DNA from: Trueperaceae bacterium
GTDB taxonomy: Bacteria > Deinococcota > Deinococci > Deinococcales > Trueperaceae
Length of the DNA: 64,000 nt
Assembly (NCBI GenBank): GCA_035703635.1
Contig: DASSXV010000044.1
Coordinates: forward strand, 1-64,000
Direction: 5' to 3'
The notes under the pieces were generated by a model that saw nothing but the letters and a program-made list of their open reading frames with translations, had not been told where the DNA came from and did no database searches. Numbering within the stretch: the stretch's first letter is position 1; the number at the start of each line of letters is the position of its first letter. Both the position numbers and the translations under genes were made by a program. Below, one piece after another: positions 28,364 through 38,104 of this stretch.

Positions 28364-29803
28364 CTAGCGGAACCCTCCACGTCGCGGGCGCACGCCACGC
28401 ACGAGCCATGCTACGAGAGCGAGCACGATGAGCGTTGCGCCAAGCAGCAGCAGCGCCACATGATCGCGGAGGGGAACCGTGATCACTTCGCGCGGGAGGC
28501 GCGCGACTAGGTACGCGACTAGCCCAGTCAGCGTGGCCGGCACGCCCTCGACGGCGGCTCCGGCTGGCAGTGCCGCTTCCGGGTTGACCCACAAGCGCAT
28601 GCGCTCTAGCAGGTAAGCGCCAGGTGCGGCGCCTAGGAGGATCGCGAGGCCCGGGTTGATCAAGCGCTTGAGCCCGCGGGAGAAGCCAACCACGCTAACG
28701 GCGAGCAGTAGCGCTATCACGCCAGCCAGGTAGGTGAACGCGAGGTAGCGGCCGTGAGCGGCCGACCCGAAGGCGTCGAGTAGCGGCGCCACGTTCCTCA
28801 CGCGCTGAGCTTGGTCGACGCGCGTCAGTTGGCTGGCAGCTAGTTCACCGCCTCCCTCGTACGCGCGCTCCGCGAGGGTACGCACGACGAGGGCATCTGC
28901 CTGCTCGGGGGTCAACCCCGCGAGGCTCGAGGCTGGCAGTAGGCCGCCTATGCCGCCGCTATCGGAGCTGGCACCAGCCAGTACGCTCTTGGCTTCGTCG
29001 AGGCGGGCGGCCATCTCGCTCATGTGGCCGCTGAGGATGGCGGCGAACAGCTCGTGAAGCTGCGCCCGAGCACGGGTGTCAACGCCGCGCACTAGGCGCG
29101 TGCGCAAGTTGTCATTGGTGATCAGGGCCGCCGCCTGATCGAGGCCGCCCTGCATGACTTGCGCGACGAGCGCGGCCACGACGGCGTTACCGATCTCGCG
29201 GTTGCTCGCCCCCTGCAGTTCGCGGGGCGGGAAGGTCACGAACACCCCGACGATGGGTTGCACGCGCTCCCCAGGGTTAGCCGCCGCCTGCGCAGGCCAG
29301 TCCGCCAGGCGGCTGCCGTCGTCTAGCCCGGCCGGGAGGAGTTCCCTGCCGACGTCCGCGTTGATCAACTCGACGATGGGTCCTGCGAGCGCCAGCTCTA
29401 GCTGGCGCCGCAACTCGGCGTTCTCGACGGCGGCGAGCAGACCGGCCTGCCCGGCGGTTATCAGCTTGGCGCTCAACACCCCGGCCGCGCGGTTCACGGC
29501 CGCGTCGAGGGTGAAGGAGGGGATCTCGGTGGCGTCGGCGTAAACGTCGAGTCCGGCTAACAGCATGAGCGGCTGACCGGCCCGGTACTGCGTGAGGGTC
29601 TTGACTCCGACCGCGGTGCCGCCCGCGCCAGGCAGGAGCGTGACCTCCAACAGACCCTGCGCGATGCCTTGGCCTGAGCGTTGGCTGCTCAACTGAGCGA
29701 GGCTGAAGAGGATAGCGCCGATCGCCACGGTGACGGCGAGCAGTACGGCACTGGCCCACGTGAGGTCGCGTTGCCAGGCCGGTTGTCGTTCGGTTCGGTA
29801 CAT
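28364..29803 (-). CDS. Uncharacterised membrane protein (one N-terminal TM, large soluble region, about 3 C-terminal TM)
   Basis: Long ORF; ATG 29803 with GGAG RBS; hydrophobicity pattern. Confidence 0.75.
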   Translation of the reverse strand: MYRTERQPAWQRDLTWASAVLLAVTVAIGAILFSLAQLSSQRSGQGIAQGLLEVTLLPGAGGTAVGVKTLTQYRAGQPLMLLAGLDVYADATEIPSFTLDAAVNRAAGVLSAKLITAGQAGLLAAVENAELRRQLELALAGPIVELINADVGRELLPAGLDDGSRLADWPAQAAANPGERVQPIVGVFVTFPPRELQGASNREIGNAVVAALVAQVMQGGLDQAAALITNDNLRTRLVRGVDTRARAQLHELFAAILSGHMSEMAARLDEAKSVLAGASSDSGGIGGLLPASSLAGLTPEQADALVVRTLAERAYEGGGELAASQLTRVDQAQRVRNVAPLLDAFGSAAHGRYLAFTYLAGVIALLLAVSVVGFSRGLKRLINPGLAILLGAAPGAYLLERMRLWVNPEAALPAGAAVEGVPATLTGLVAYLVARLPREVITVPLRDHVALLLLGATLIVLALVAWLVRGVRPRRGGFR

Positions 29804-29996
29804 TCGCTCCGTCCTAAAGCGGGCGCTACTCCCATCCTGCAGCGCCAAGCTGTGCGCGTGGCGTTCAGGAGTGCGCCGTGAGGTGCGCGAGTTCCGCGAG
29901 ATGGCTGGCCGCTGGCCTTGGGGTGGCGGCTCCATCCGGCGGTCGTTGCGCCACCTTACCGCGCCGCGAACGGGGGTGGGAACCGTAGCATGGAGC

Positions 29997-31067
29997 ATGA
30001 ACGTCTTGTCACAGATCGTGGTCGCGCCCCTAGTTGGCCCGTTCCACACGCGCTTTCCGCGCTACAACGCGTTCGACGTGCGTGACGCACTTAGAGCGGC
30101 AGGGGTTGAGGCCTTGGCGCTGGCGCCACTCGCGCCCGGGGCGCTCGAGGGCCAGGAATGGCGCGGCACGGACGAGATCGCGCTTCCACTGGCCGTAGTT
30201 CCGTGGGCGTTGCGAGCCGGCATAGCCCTTCATGAGGTAGGCAGCTTCGCTGGCGGCGAAGGCGAGCCTGGCGAGGCTGGCGCCGAACGCGAGTTCGAAG
30301 AGTTGCTTAGCCGCTTCGAGGCGGGCCAGGAGCGCCTGCGGCGGGTACGGCAGGCGGAGGAGCCCATCGAACGGCTCCTGGCCAGCCCACTCGACTTGCG
30401 GCGTGTGCGCAGCGAGCTCATGCCGGCCGTGGAGGCTTACCACGGCGTGCGCGCCGCCGAGTTCGGCGAGGGCCCAGGCACGGGCTGGGCGCAGGCGCGC
30501 GCGGCCGTCATGGCTGAACGCGTGCTGGCGCTTCCGCATCGGCGCGTGGCGTTGCTGGCCGGGGTCGACGATCTCGTCAACCTCTTGCCTGCCCTGAGTG
30601 GGCACGTAGAGCTCGAGCAGCTGACGCTAGCGCCCGAGCCCAGCGAGGAAGCGCGCGGCCGCGCCCTACTCGACGCAGCCATGCGCGGCGAGGTCGAGGA
30701 GCCCGCCGGTCTCCTCGCCGCGCTGCGGGAACTCGGCACGCCGGAGGCCGGTTACCTCGAGGCCAACATCTTGCTCGAGCACTCTCACCTCGCGGAGGCG
30801 CTAGAGGTACTGCAGCGCGTGCTCCGCACCGACTTCCAGGAGCCGTACTACTTGCCTGGGTTCATGCTGGCGCGCCTCGGGCAGGTGTACGACTTGGCTG
30901 GTAGGCGCGCTGACGCGCTGCGGTCTTACCGTGGCGTCCTGGCGTTGAGCTACTCGCCAGCCGAGGCCATCGAGGCCGCCAAGGCCGGGATGGAAACCCC
31001 GTTCGGCGCGGAGCTCGACGGCGCCGCGGAAGGCACTGACGGCCCGAGTGACGACCACGGTGGCTGA
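29997..31067 (+). CDS. Uncharacterised protein with C-terminal TPR
   Basis: TAGCAT 5 nt before ATG; LARLGQVYDLAG.R.DA...Y..VL TPR pattern. Confidence 0.75.
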   Translation: MNVLSQIVVAPLVGPFHTRFPRYNAFDVRDALRAAGVEALALAPLAPGALEGQEWRGTDEIALPLAVVPWALRAGIALHEVGSFAGGEGEPGEAGAEREFEELLSRFEAGQERLRRVRQAEEPIERLLASPLDLRRVRSELMPAVEAYHGVRAAEFGEGPGTGWAQARAAVMAERVLALPHRRVALLAGVDDLVNLLPALSGHVELEQLTLAPEPSEEARGRALLDAAMRGEVEEPAGLLAALRELGTPEAGYLEANILLEHSHLAEALEVLQRVLRTDFQEPYYLPGFMLARLGQVYDLAGRRADALRSYRGVLALSYSPAEAIEAAKAGMETPFGAELDGAAEGTDGPSDDHGG

Positions 31068-31779
31068 GCGCCCACTGCCGTACCGGTCTGAGCTTCCGTA
31101 CACTTACGCCTTCGGTCACTTCGCGGCCATCGAGGCCTTGACGCACCGGCCGCAAGCCGTGCAGGCGCTGTTCGCGCATGGTGGCCTGGCACCGCAGTGG
31201 CGTACCGCCCTCAGGGCCGTCGCCGAACGGGCCGGGGTGAACATCGTTTGGGACGACGCCACCGTCACGCGCCTACGGCGTCACGCTCAGGTGGCTTGCA
31301 TCGCCCAGGTCGCCAAGAGCGCCGAGGTAGCCGACCCTGACAAGGATCACGTCGTCCTCATCGCACCGAGCCACGCGGGTAACGTCGGCAGCGCGATACG
31401 CAGCCTGGTCGCGTTCGGCTTCACCGACCTCGTGCTCGTCGCGCCGCGTGTAGACGCGTGGGGTCCGCACGTCATCAGGGCGTCCGTTGGGTTGCGCTTC
31501 GCGCTCAGGTGCCAGATCGTAGCGAGCGCAGCTGAGTACTTGCTCGATCACCCTGGCCGCCGTCACTACTCGTTCAGCGCAGGCGCCACTGCCGAGTTGC
31601 GAGACGTAGGTTTCGAGCACCCTTTGGCGCTCTGGTTCGGTCCGGAATGGGCCCCAGACGGCGCCTTAGAAACGGCGCCGCCTACCGCCACCCCGGTAAG
31701 TATCGCGGTGCTGCCTCATGTAGAATCGCTGAACTTGGCCACCGCGGTCTCGTTGGCCGCTTATCACGCGAGGCGTTGA
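31048..31779 (+). CDS. TrmH/SpoU-family RNA 2'-O-methyltransferase
   Basis: P...GNVG..IRS, RAS.G, FGPE, VESLNLA.A knot motif; start GTG 31048 or 31060. Confidence 0.88.
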   Translation: MTTTVAERPLPYRSELPYTYAFGHFAAIEALTHRPQAVQALFAHGGLAPQWRTALRAVAERAGVNIVWDDATVTRLRRHAQVACIAQVAKSAEVADPDKDHVVLIAPSHAGNVGSAIRSLVAFGFTDLVLVAPRVDAWGPHVIRASVGLRFALRCQIVASAAEYLLDHPGRRHYSFSAGATAELRDVGFEHPLALWFGPEWAPDGALETAPPTATPVSIAVLPHVESLNLATAVSLAAYHARR

Positions 31780-31829
31780 GGGGCGTCTGGCCCAGCGCCT
31801 TGGTCCACTTCAACTGCGTATAGGGGAGT

Positions 31830-33500
31830 ATGCCGGAAAGAGCTAGAACGGGTCACCTCAAGGGGCGCATCATCGTTGTTACGTTCGCGGCCATCCTGGC
31901 TCTAGGCACGTTGGGCAATCAGTTCCTCTCGCTTGCGCTCGCGCTCGCCGCCATTGCCGTCGCGGTGATCCTGCTCGTGCGTCTGCCCCGCACTCTTTCG
32001 TGGCGCTTGGCCGCCATCGCAGCCTCGTTGTGGGCGGTGGAGGAAGTCTTCTGGTTCTTCCAACGCCTAACTGACGCCTCCACCACCCCGCTCATCACCG
32101 AGCTCACCTACTACTCTGGGCTCGTTCTATGGATCGCGGCCGTTCTGCTGATGCCAGGCAAGCGCATGCCGCGAACGCTGCTGATCGCGGCGCTGCCCGC
32201 CGTTGGGCTCCTCATCCTCCTCCTCTTCCTCGACTCGTCCTCCTCCATCACCCTCGCCTTCCCGTTCTTGGAGGCGGCGTTAGTCGTTGCTTCCCTACCG
32301 CTCCTCGGCGGCTCCATGACGGGCGGCGCGTCTGACGGCCGCGTGCTCGTGGTGCTTGGCTTCTACTTCAGGGCGCTTGGGGCGGGCTCGTTCGCGTGGC
32401 TGGCTGGCACCGATTCTGGCGCAGCGGCGGTGGTCTTGTGGCTCATGTCGTACGTGATGCTGGGGCTCGGCCTCTACTTGGAACTGGACGACCGTGACGC
32501 CGAGTTCCTTCCCGTCGGCGTGGCCGTCGTCAGCTTGCAGTTCGTGAGCGTCGGCTTACTCGTCGTTCTCTACCGCATGGGCACGATCAACGATCGTTAC
32601 GCTCTCGTCATCGTGTCCACCTTGGCTTACGTTCAGGTCGCGGTCGTGCTCCTGATCATCGCCACGAGCCGCGCAGCGCAGAAACTCGCTGCCTCAGAGC
32701 TGAGGGCATGGTCCCTTGCCCTCGATGCCGTTCAGCCTGCGCCTCACGGCGCCACCGCGCTCACTGGCGCACTAGGCCACGCGCTTGCTCGCGTGCCTCA
32801 CGCCCAGGGGATAGAGGTGCACGGCACAGCGTCCGTCGGCGTGAAGTCCGGTTACGCCTACCCGCTGGTGGCGGGCGGCGCCGAAGTCGGCAGGCTCTAC
32901 CTCGCCAAGCGACCGTCCGCCACGACTGTCATCGACACCTGCGCGCCGATCCTCGCGTCGCGCCTGCACCTGATGAGCGACCTGGATCGCTGGGCGGCAG
33001 CTGCCCTCACCGATCCGCTTACGGGCCTCCTGAACCGGCGCGGTCTAGAGCTGAGGGCCGACCTGTTGATGAGCGAAGCGAAGGCCAACGAGTCGCCCTT
33101 GAGCGTGGCCATGCTCGACATCGACCACTTCAAGCGCGTGAACGACGTCTACGGTCACGGCGTTGGCGACAACGCGCTCAAGGCCCTCGCGAACATATTG
33201 CGCAAGCATCTCAGGCCGAACGACCAGGCGGTCAGGTGGGGCGGCGAAGAGTTCGTCGTGGTGCTGCCCGGGGCCGATCAGGAGCAGGCCGGCGAGATCT
33301 TGAGGCGGGTGCGGCAAGAGTTGAGTTCCGCCGACATCAGCCCGGTCGCCTGGCCCATCGCCTTGTCGGCTGGCGTGGCCGGAACCGACGCGCCAGAGGG
33401 CGGGAGCGAGAGGCTAAGCGAGCTCATCGACGCTGCGGACGCCGCCCTAAACCGCGCCAAGCGCAGCGGTAGGAACCGAATAGTCCGCGCTGGAGGCTAG
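31830..33500 (+). CDS. Multi-TM diguanylate cyclase
   Basis: About 9 TM segments; D.LTGL.NRR, DIDHFK.VND.YGH..GD, RPND I-site, GGEEF. Confidence 0.92.
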   Translation: MPERARTGHLKGRIIVVTFAAILALGTLGNQFLSLALALAAIAVAVILLVRLPRTLSWRLAAIAASLWAVEEVFWFFQRLTDASTTPLITELTYYSGLVLWIAAVLLMPGKRMPRTLLIAALPAVGLLILLLFLDSSSSITLAFPFLEAALVVASLPLLGGSMTGGASDGRVLVVLGFYFRALGAGSFAWLAGTDSGAAAVVLWLMSYVMLGLGLYLELDDRDAEFLPVGVAVVSLQFVSVGLLVVLYRMGTINDRYALVIVSTLAYVQVAVVLLIIATSRAAQKLAASELRAWSLALDAVQPAPHGATALTGALGHALARVPHAQGIEVHGTASVGVKSGYAYPLVAGGAEVGRLYLAKRPSATTVIDTCAPILASRLHLMSDLDRWAAAALTDPLTGLLNRRGLELRADLLMSEAKANESPLSVAMLDIDHFKRVNDVYGHGVGDNALKALANILRKHLRPNDQAVRWGGEEFVVVLPGADQEQAGEILRRVRQELSSADISPVAWPIALSAGVAGTDAPEGGSERLSELIDAADAALNRAKRSGRNRIVRAGG

Positions 33501-33552
33501 GCGCGGCCAGCCAGCCGCAAGCGCGTCACTTAGTGCGCGGTTACAATGCCGC

Positions 33553-33987
33553 ATGCGCGAGCTCCTCTACAACGCCGCCAAGCACTTCAAACGCGGCAAG
33601 GCGCTAAGCGAACGCGGCGACTCACGTGGCGCGATGGTGGCGTACGAAGACGCCCTGCGTGACCTCCACGCCGTGAAGCCGCAACGCATGCGTGACGTGC
33701 TGCTCGCGCAGGTCTACTTGTCGCGCTACCTTCTCGGGCAAGCTAACGACCAAGTGAAGGCGGACAGCGACCTCCGCCTAGGCTACAGCTACGCCCGCAC
33801 GACCGCAGAGCCCACGGTCAGGCAACTCGCTGAGGCGTTGTGGGACGAGCGCCGTACGAGGCCTCCAGCCGTGGTGGCTCGCAGTCAACGTCAGGGCAGA
33901 GGCGGTCGTAGTGGTGACGGCCAACCCGCCCAACGCTCTGGTGGCCGCGGCCGTGGTGAGCGCCGAGGTAACAACCAGAAGGGCTGA
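33553..33987 (+). CDS. Small helical (TPR-like) hypothetical protein with Arg/Gly-rich tail
   Basis: TACAAT 5 nt before ATG; fills gap between two + strand genes. Confidence 0.75.
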   Translation: MRELLYNAAKHFKRGKALSERGDSRGAMVAYEDALRDLHAVKPQRMRDVLLAQVYLSRYLLGQANDQVKADSDLRLGYSYARTTAEPTVRQLAEALWDERRTRPPAVVARSQRQGRGGRSGDGQPAQRSGGRGRGERRGNNQKG

Positions 33988-34045
33988 GTCCGGCCCTGGT
34001 AGCGCCGCCCGTTGCCGTCAGACCGCCAGCGGGTAACATCGCGCC

Positions 34046-35179
34046 ATGAGCCACGCCCTCCTTACCGCCGCATACGCCGCAGAGGCCCCCTACCTTGACC
34101 TGCTAGCAGAACTCGTCAGCCTCGAGAGCCCGACGCATGAAAAGGCAGAGTGCGACGTCTTCGCGAGCCGCCTTGCTCAAGAGCTGACGCTGCGCGGCCT
34201 TAGCGTCACGCGCCACCCACGTGCTGACGCGGGCGACATCCTAGAAGCGCACCGCGCCGGCGGCAGCGGCCCAAGCACGCTGCTCCTCTGCCATTACGAC
34301 ACGGTGTGGCCGCTCGGCACGCTCGCCTTCATGCCCTTCCACCGCGACGGTGACAAGGTGTTCGGGCCGGGCACTGTCGATATGAAAGCCGGCATCACCA
34401 ACGCCCTCAGCGCGTTCACGCTCCTCGACGACCTCGGCCTGGCTCTGGTCGGCGACGTCACGCTGCTCGTGACTAGTGACGAGGAGACCGGTTCGCACGC
34501 CTCGCGCGAGCTCATCGAGGAGCTGGCGCGCAAGCACGACCGCGTGCTCGTGCTCGAACCAGGACGCGATGACGGGGCCTTGAAGGTAGGACGTAAAGGC
34601 GTCGGTACCTTCGAGCTGCGCTTCCGTGGTCGCTCGGCTCACGCAGGCAACAACCCGTCAGATGGCGCCAGCGCCTTGCGCGAACTAGCGCACATGCTCG
34701 TGTTCGTCGAGGACTTGGGCGACGACGTGGCTGGCACAACGGTCAACGTCACCGTCGCGCACGCAGGCTTCGCGACGAACGTCATCGCGGAAGAGGCGGT
34801 CGCGTTCGTCGACGTCAGGGTCCTCAAGATGACCGAGGCGCAGCGCGTGACGGGCGCCATCGAGGGTTACAGTCCGCGCGACGAGCGCGTCACCCTCACG
34901 GTCAGCGGCGGCCTGAACCGCCCACCGTTGGAGCAGACACCAGCAAACGCCGTCCTCTACCAAGAAGCGCTCGAGGTGCTCGACAGCTTAGGGCTGAGCC
35001 TCGAGGCGGGTGTCGTTGGTGGTGGTTCGGACGGCAACTTCACGTCCGCGCTAGGGGTCGCTACACTCGACGGCCTCGGCTCCGTCGGTGGCGGGCCGCA
35101 CGCCAGGCACGAGCACATCAGGGTGAAGGAGTCCCTCGAACGCGTGGCCTTACTTGCGGGGCTGTTGGCTGAGCGCTGA
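34046..35179 (+). CDS. M20 family metallopeptidase (glutamate carboxypeptidase-like)
   Basis: HYDTVW, GPG..DMK.G, DEE.GS, EP, HAG, GGSDGN, H...E. Confidence 0.92.
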   Translation: MSHALLTAAYAAEAPYLDLLAELVSLESPTHEKAECDVFASRLAQELTLRGLSVTRHPRADAGDILEAHRAGGSGPSTLLLCHYDTVWPLGTLAFMPFHRDGDKVFGPGTVDMKAGITNALSAFTLLDDLGLALVGDVTLLVTSDEETGSHASRELIEELARKHDRVLVLEPGRDDGALKVGRKGVGTFELRFRGRSAHAGNNPSDGASALRELAHMLVFVEDLGDDVAGTTVNVTVAHAGFATNVIAEEAVAFVDVRVLKMTEAQRVTGAIEGYSPRDERVTLTVSGGLNRPPLEQTPANAVLYQEALEVLDSLGLSLEAGVVGGGSDGNFTSALGVATLDGLGSVGGGPHARHEHIRVKESLERVALLAGLLAER

Positions 35180-35184
35180 AGCGC

Positions 35185-36747
35185 ATGGCTTACTTGATCA
35201 GCGCCGCTTGCGGCCTTCTGCTAACGCTAGCGCTGCCGCCCCTAGGGTGGTGGCCGCTTGCTTTCGCCATCTTCCCTGTCTTCGCGCTTACCGCGGTGGC
35301 CGCGAGCGCGCGGCGGGCGTTTTGGCTCGGCGCCGCCTTCGCAGCACCGTTCTTCGCGCTGTACATCCTGTGGCTACCGCGGTCGTTCGCTGAACTCTTC
35401 GGCCTGGGGTTCTGGGCCGTCTACCCTGGACTGCTCGCCATCCTCGCGACGTTCTGGGGCCTGACGACCTGGGCGGCTTGGCGCCTCGCGGCGTTGACGG
35501 GCGGAAACGACCAGGCGGCGCGCGCTACGCGCGTACTCATCTACTTGCCCATCCTCTGGGTGCTCGTCGAGTGGGCGCGCACCCAGGGCTATTTCGCCTT
35601 TCCTTGGGGCACCCTCGGCTACACCTGGCTAGACTCCGCCGTTGGACAACTCGCCGAGTACGGCGGGGTCTATGGTCTTAGCCTGCTGGTAGTCGCGCCC
35701 GCGGCCGTGCTGGCGTGGCCGTGGTCGCGGCCAGGCGGGCCACGAACCGTTGGCGTCGTCTCGTCGTTACTACTCGCCGCCGCCGTAATCGGTGCGTCGT
35801 TCATCGCTGGCTCGGGCGCTGGCAGGGCGGCGACGCAAGCTCCAACCTCCGGTGAGTACCGCGCCCTCCTCGTGCAAGGCGACGTCGACCCCTTCGGCCG
35901 CGCCGCGAGCGACACGCAGGACCTAAACACGCACTTACGCCTGACGGAGGAAGGCGCCGCGCTGAACGCCGAGGCTGGTGGGCCACGAATCGACCTGGTG
36001 GTATGGCCAGAGGGCGCCGTTCTCGGCTACAGCCTGGCAGCAGGCGACGCGGAACCGCTGCGCAGAGCCATAACAGACAGCGCCACTGGAGCGACCTTCA
36101 TTGTTGGCGGGCGCGTCTACGAGGCCGGGCGCAACTACAACTCGCTCCTCGCCCTCAAGGGCGGCGCGCTGATCGGCCGTTACGACAAGCGCTTCCTCGT
36201 GCCCTTCGGTGAGCGCTGGCCACTGTACGAGCAGTTGAACGGCTTGTACCGCGCCGTGTTCAGCGCCTTCGGCTTGCCTATGCTTGCCAGCACCGCGGCT
36301 GGCGCCGAGGTGCGGCCGCTAGCGACTGACGTCGGTCTCATCGGCGCCTTCGTGTGCTACGAGTCGGTCTTCCCTCAAGTCCAGCGCGACCTCGTCGCTC
36401 TTGGAGCTGAGGTGCTCGTGCTTGGCACGAACGACGCCTGGTTCGGTGTTGGCACGGGCGCGTGGCAGCACTTCGACATGGGGCGCCTGCGCAGCATCGA
36501 GACGCGGCGCTGGCTCCTGCGCGCAGGTAACGACGGCGTGACCGCCGCCGTCGACCCGTTGGGCAGGGTCACGGCCCAGGTGCCGAGGGGCGTTCCGACT
36601 AGCCTGGCGGTCACGTTCGAGACGCGCACCGACCTCACGTTCTGGGTGCGTTACGGCGGGCTGACGCCACTAGTGCTCGGCGTCCTGCTGCTCGTGGCCA
36701 TGGCCGTCGCAACGGCGCTACGCTCGAGACCAGCCCAAGTAGGATAG
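35185..36747 (+). CDS. lnt: Apolipoprotein N-acyltransferase
   Basis: FPW..LGY, WPE, YDK..LVPFGE, CYES.F, TNDAWF, N.G.TA. Confidence 0.96.
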   Translation: MAYLISAACGLLLTLALPPLGWWPLAFAIFPVFALTAVAASARRAFWLGAAFAAPFFALYILWLPRSFAELFGLGFWAVYPGLLAILATFWGLTTWAAWRLAALTGGNDQAARATRVLIYLPILWVLVEWARTQGYFAFPWGTLGYTWLDSAVGQLAEYGGVYGLSLLVVAPAAVLAWPWSRPGGPRTVGVVSSLLLAAAVIGASFIAGSGAGRAATQAPTSGEYRALLVQGDVDPFGRAASDTQDLNTHLRLTEEGAALNAEAGGPRIDLVVWPEGAVLGYSLAAGDAEPLRRAITDSATGATFIVGGRVYEAGRNYNSLLALKGGALIGRYDKRFLVPFGERWPLYEQLNGLYRAVFSAFGLPMLASTAAGAEVRPLATDVGLIGAFVCYESVFPQVQRDLVALGAEVLVLGTNDAWFGVGTGAWQHFDMGRLRSIETRRWLLRAGNDGVTAAVDPLGRVTAQVPRGVPTSLAVTFETRTDLTFWVRYGGLTPLVLGVLLLVAMAVATALRSRPAQVG

Positions 36748-36751
36748 GCGA

Positions 36752-38104
36752 ATGCAGATCGTCATCGTCGGTGGCGGGGAGATCGGCGCACTGATAGCGG
36801 CGGCGCTCCACCGGACGCACAGCGTCACCATCATCGACCAAGACCCGGAGCGCGAGGCGGCCTTCACTGCCATGGACGTGCAGTTCGTGCGCGGCAACGG
36901 CACGGACCCTGAGGACCTGCGCGCGGCGAACGCCGATCGCGCGAGGGCCTTCATAGCCTGCACCTCGAGCGACGACGTCAACGTGCTCGCCTGCCTGGCC
37001 GCCAAGGGCCTCGGCGCGAAGGAGACCCTCGCCTTCGTAACGCGCCAACGCTACGTCGATGCCTTCAAGCGCGATGGCGCCTTCGAATCCGTCGGCCTGC
37101 TCATCAACCGTGTGCTTTGGCCGCAACGCATCCTCGCGCACCAGATCGCTGACATCGTCAGGGTGCCACGGGCGATAGATAGCGCGCGCTTCGCGAACGG
37201 CCGCATCATGCTGCTCGAGTTCCTCCTCGAACCTCACGACCCGTTCCTTAACAGTAGGTTGGACGGCATCACCCTGCCGCCTGGCGTGTTGGCGGTCGGG
37301 GCCATCCAGGGCGACTCCTTCCACATCCCTACCGGCGCGACGGTCCTCGAGGCAGGCGACCGCGTGGTTTTCATGGGAACTAGCGAGAAGATGCGCGACA
37401 TGCAGCGGCGCTTCGCTCCCCAAAGACATTCGCAGAAGGTAGTCATCGTCGGCGGCGGCAACGTCGGCTTCATGGTGGCGCAACAGTTGACCAGCGGGCG
37501 TGCGGACCTGACCATCATCGAGCAGGACCAAGAGCGCTGCGAGAAACTGGCCCAGCTACTGCCCCGCGCGCTCGTCCTCAAGGGCGACGGCACCGACCTC
37601 GAGCTCCTTGAACAAGAGCGCGTCGAGGACGCCGACGTGATCGTCGCCGTAACGGATGACGACGCCAAGAACCTCCTGGTGTCGTTGTTGGGCAAGCAGC
37701 TCGGCATCCCCAAAGTCGTGACGCGCGTCGGCAGGACGCGCAATCGTAGGCTGTTCATGCGCGTTGGCATCGACTCGCCGCTCACCCCGCGGGCGGCCGC
37801 CGTCCAGGAGGTCCTCAACTGGCTGGGCGTTGACGAGGTCGAGCACCTCGCGACGATCGAGGACCGCGCGGAAGTCATGGAGGCTACGTACCCGCCTGAA
37901 TCCGCCGGCGGTCGCGTCATGGACCTCGGCACGCCAGGCGACATGCTGATCGGTGCCGTGCTGCGCAACGAGCGCATCATCGTGCCGAACGGTGAGACCG
38001 TCATCCAGCCAGGCGATCACCTCTACCTCGTTACGACTCCAGACTGCGTCGGGGAAGTCGAGGAGTGGCTGGACGAGCGTAGGAGCAGGAAGCCGGTCGG
38101 GTGA
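36752..38104 (+). CDS. trkA: Trk potassium uptake NAD-binding subunit
   Basis: Two RCK-N domains (GGGEIG, GGGNVG) each followed by RCK-C; 450 aa. Confidence 0.95.
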   Translation: MQIVIVGGGEIGALIAAALHRTHSVTIIDQDPEREAAFTAMDVQFVRGNGTDPEDLRAANADRARAFIACTSSDDVNVLACLAAKGLGAKETLAFVTRQRYVDAFKRDGAFESVGLLINRVLWPQRILAHQIADIVRVPRAIDSARFANGRIMLLEFLLEPHDPFLNSRLDGITLPPGVLAVGAIQGDSFHIPTGATVLEAGDRVVFMGTSEKMRDMQRRFAPQRHSQKVVIVGGGNVGFMVAQQLTSGRADLTIIEQDQERCEKLAQLLPRALVLKGDGTDLELLEQERVEDADVIVAVTDDDAKNLLVSLLGKQLGIPKVVTRVGRTRNRRLFMRVGIDSPLTPRAAAVQEVLNWLGVDEVEHLATIEDRAEVMEATYPPESAGGRVMDLGTPGDMLIGAVLRNERIIVPNGETVIQPGDHLYLVTTPDCVGEVEEWLDERRSRKPVG

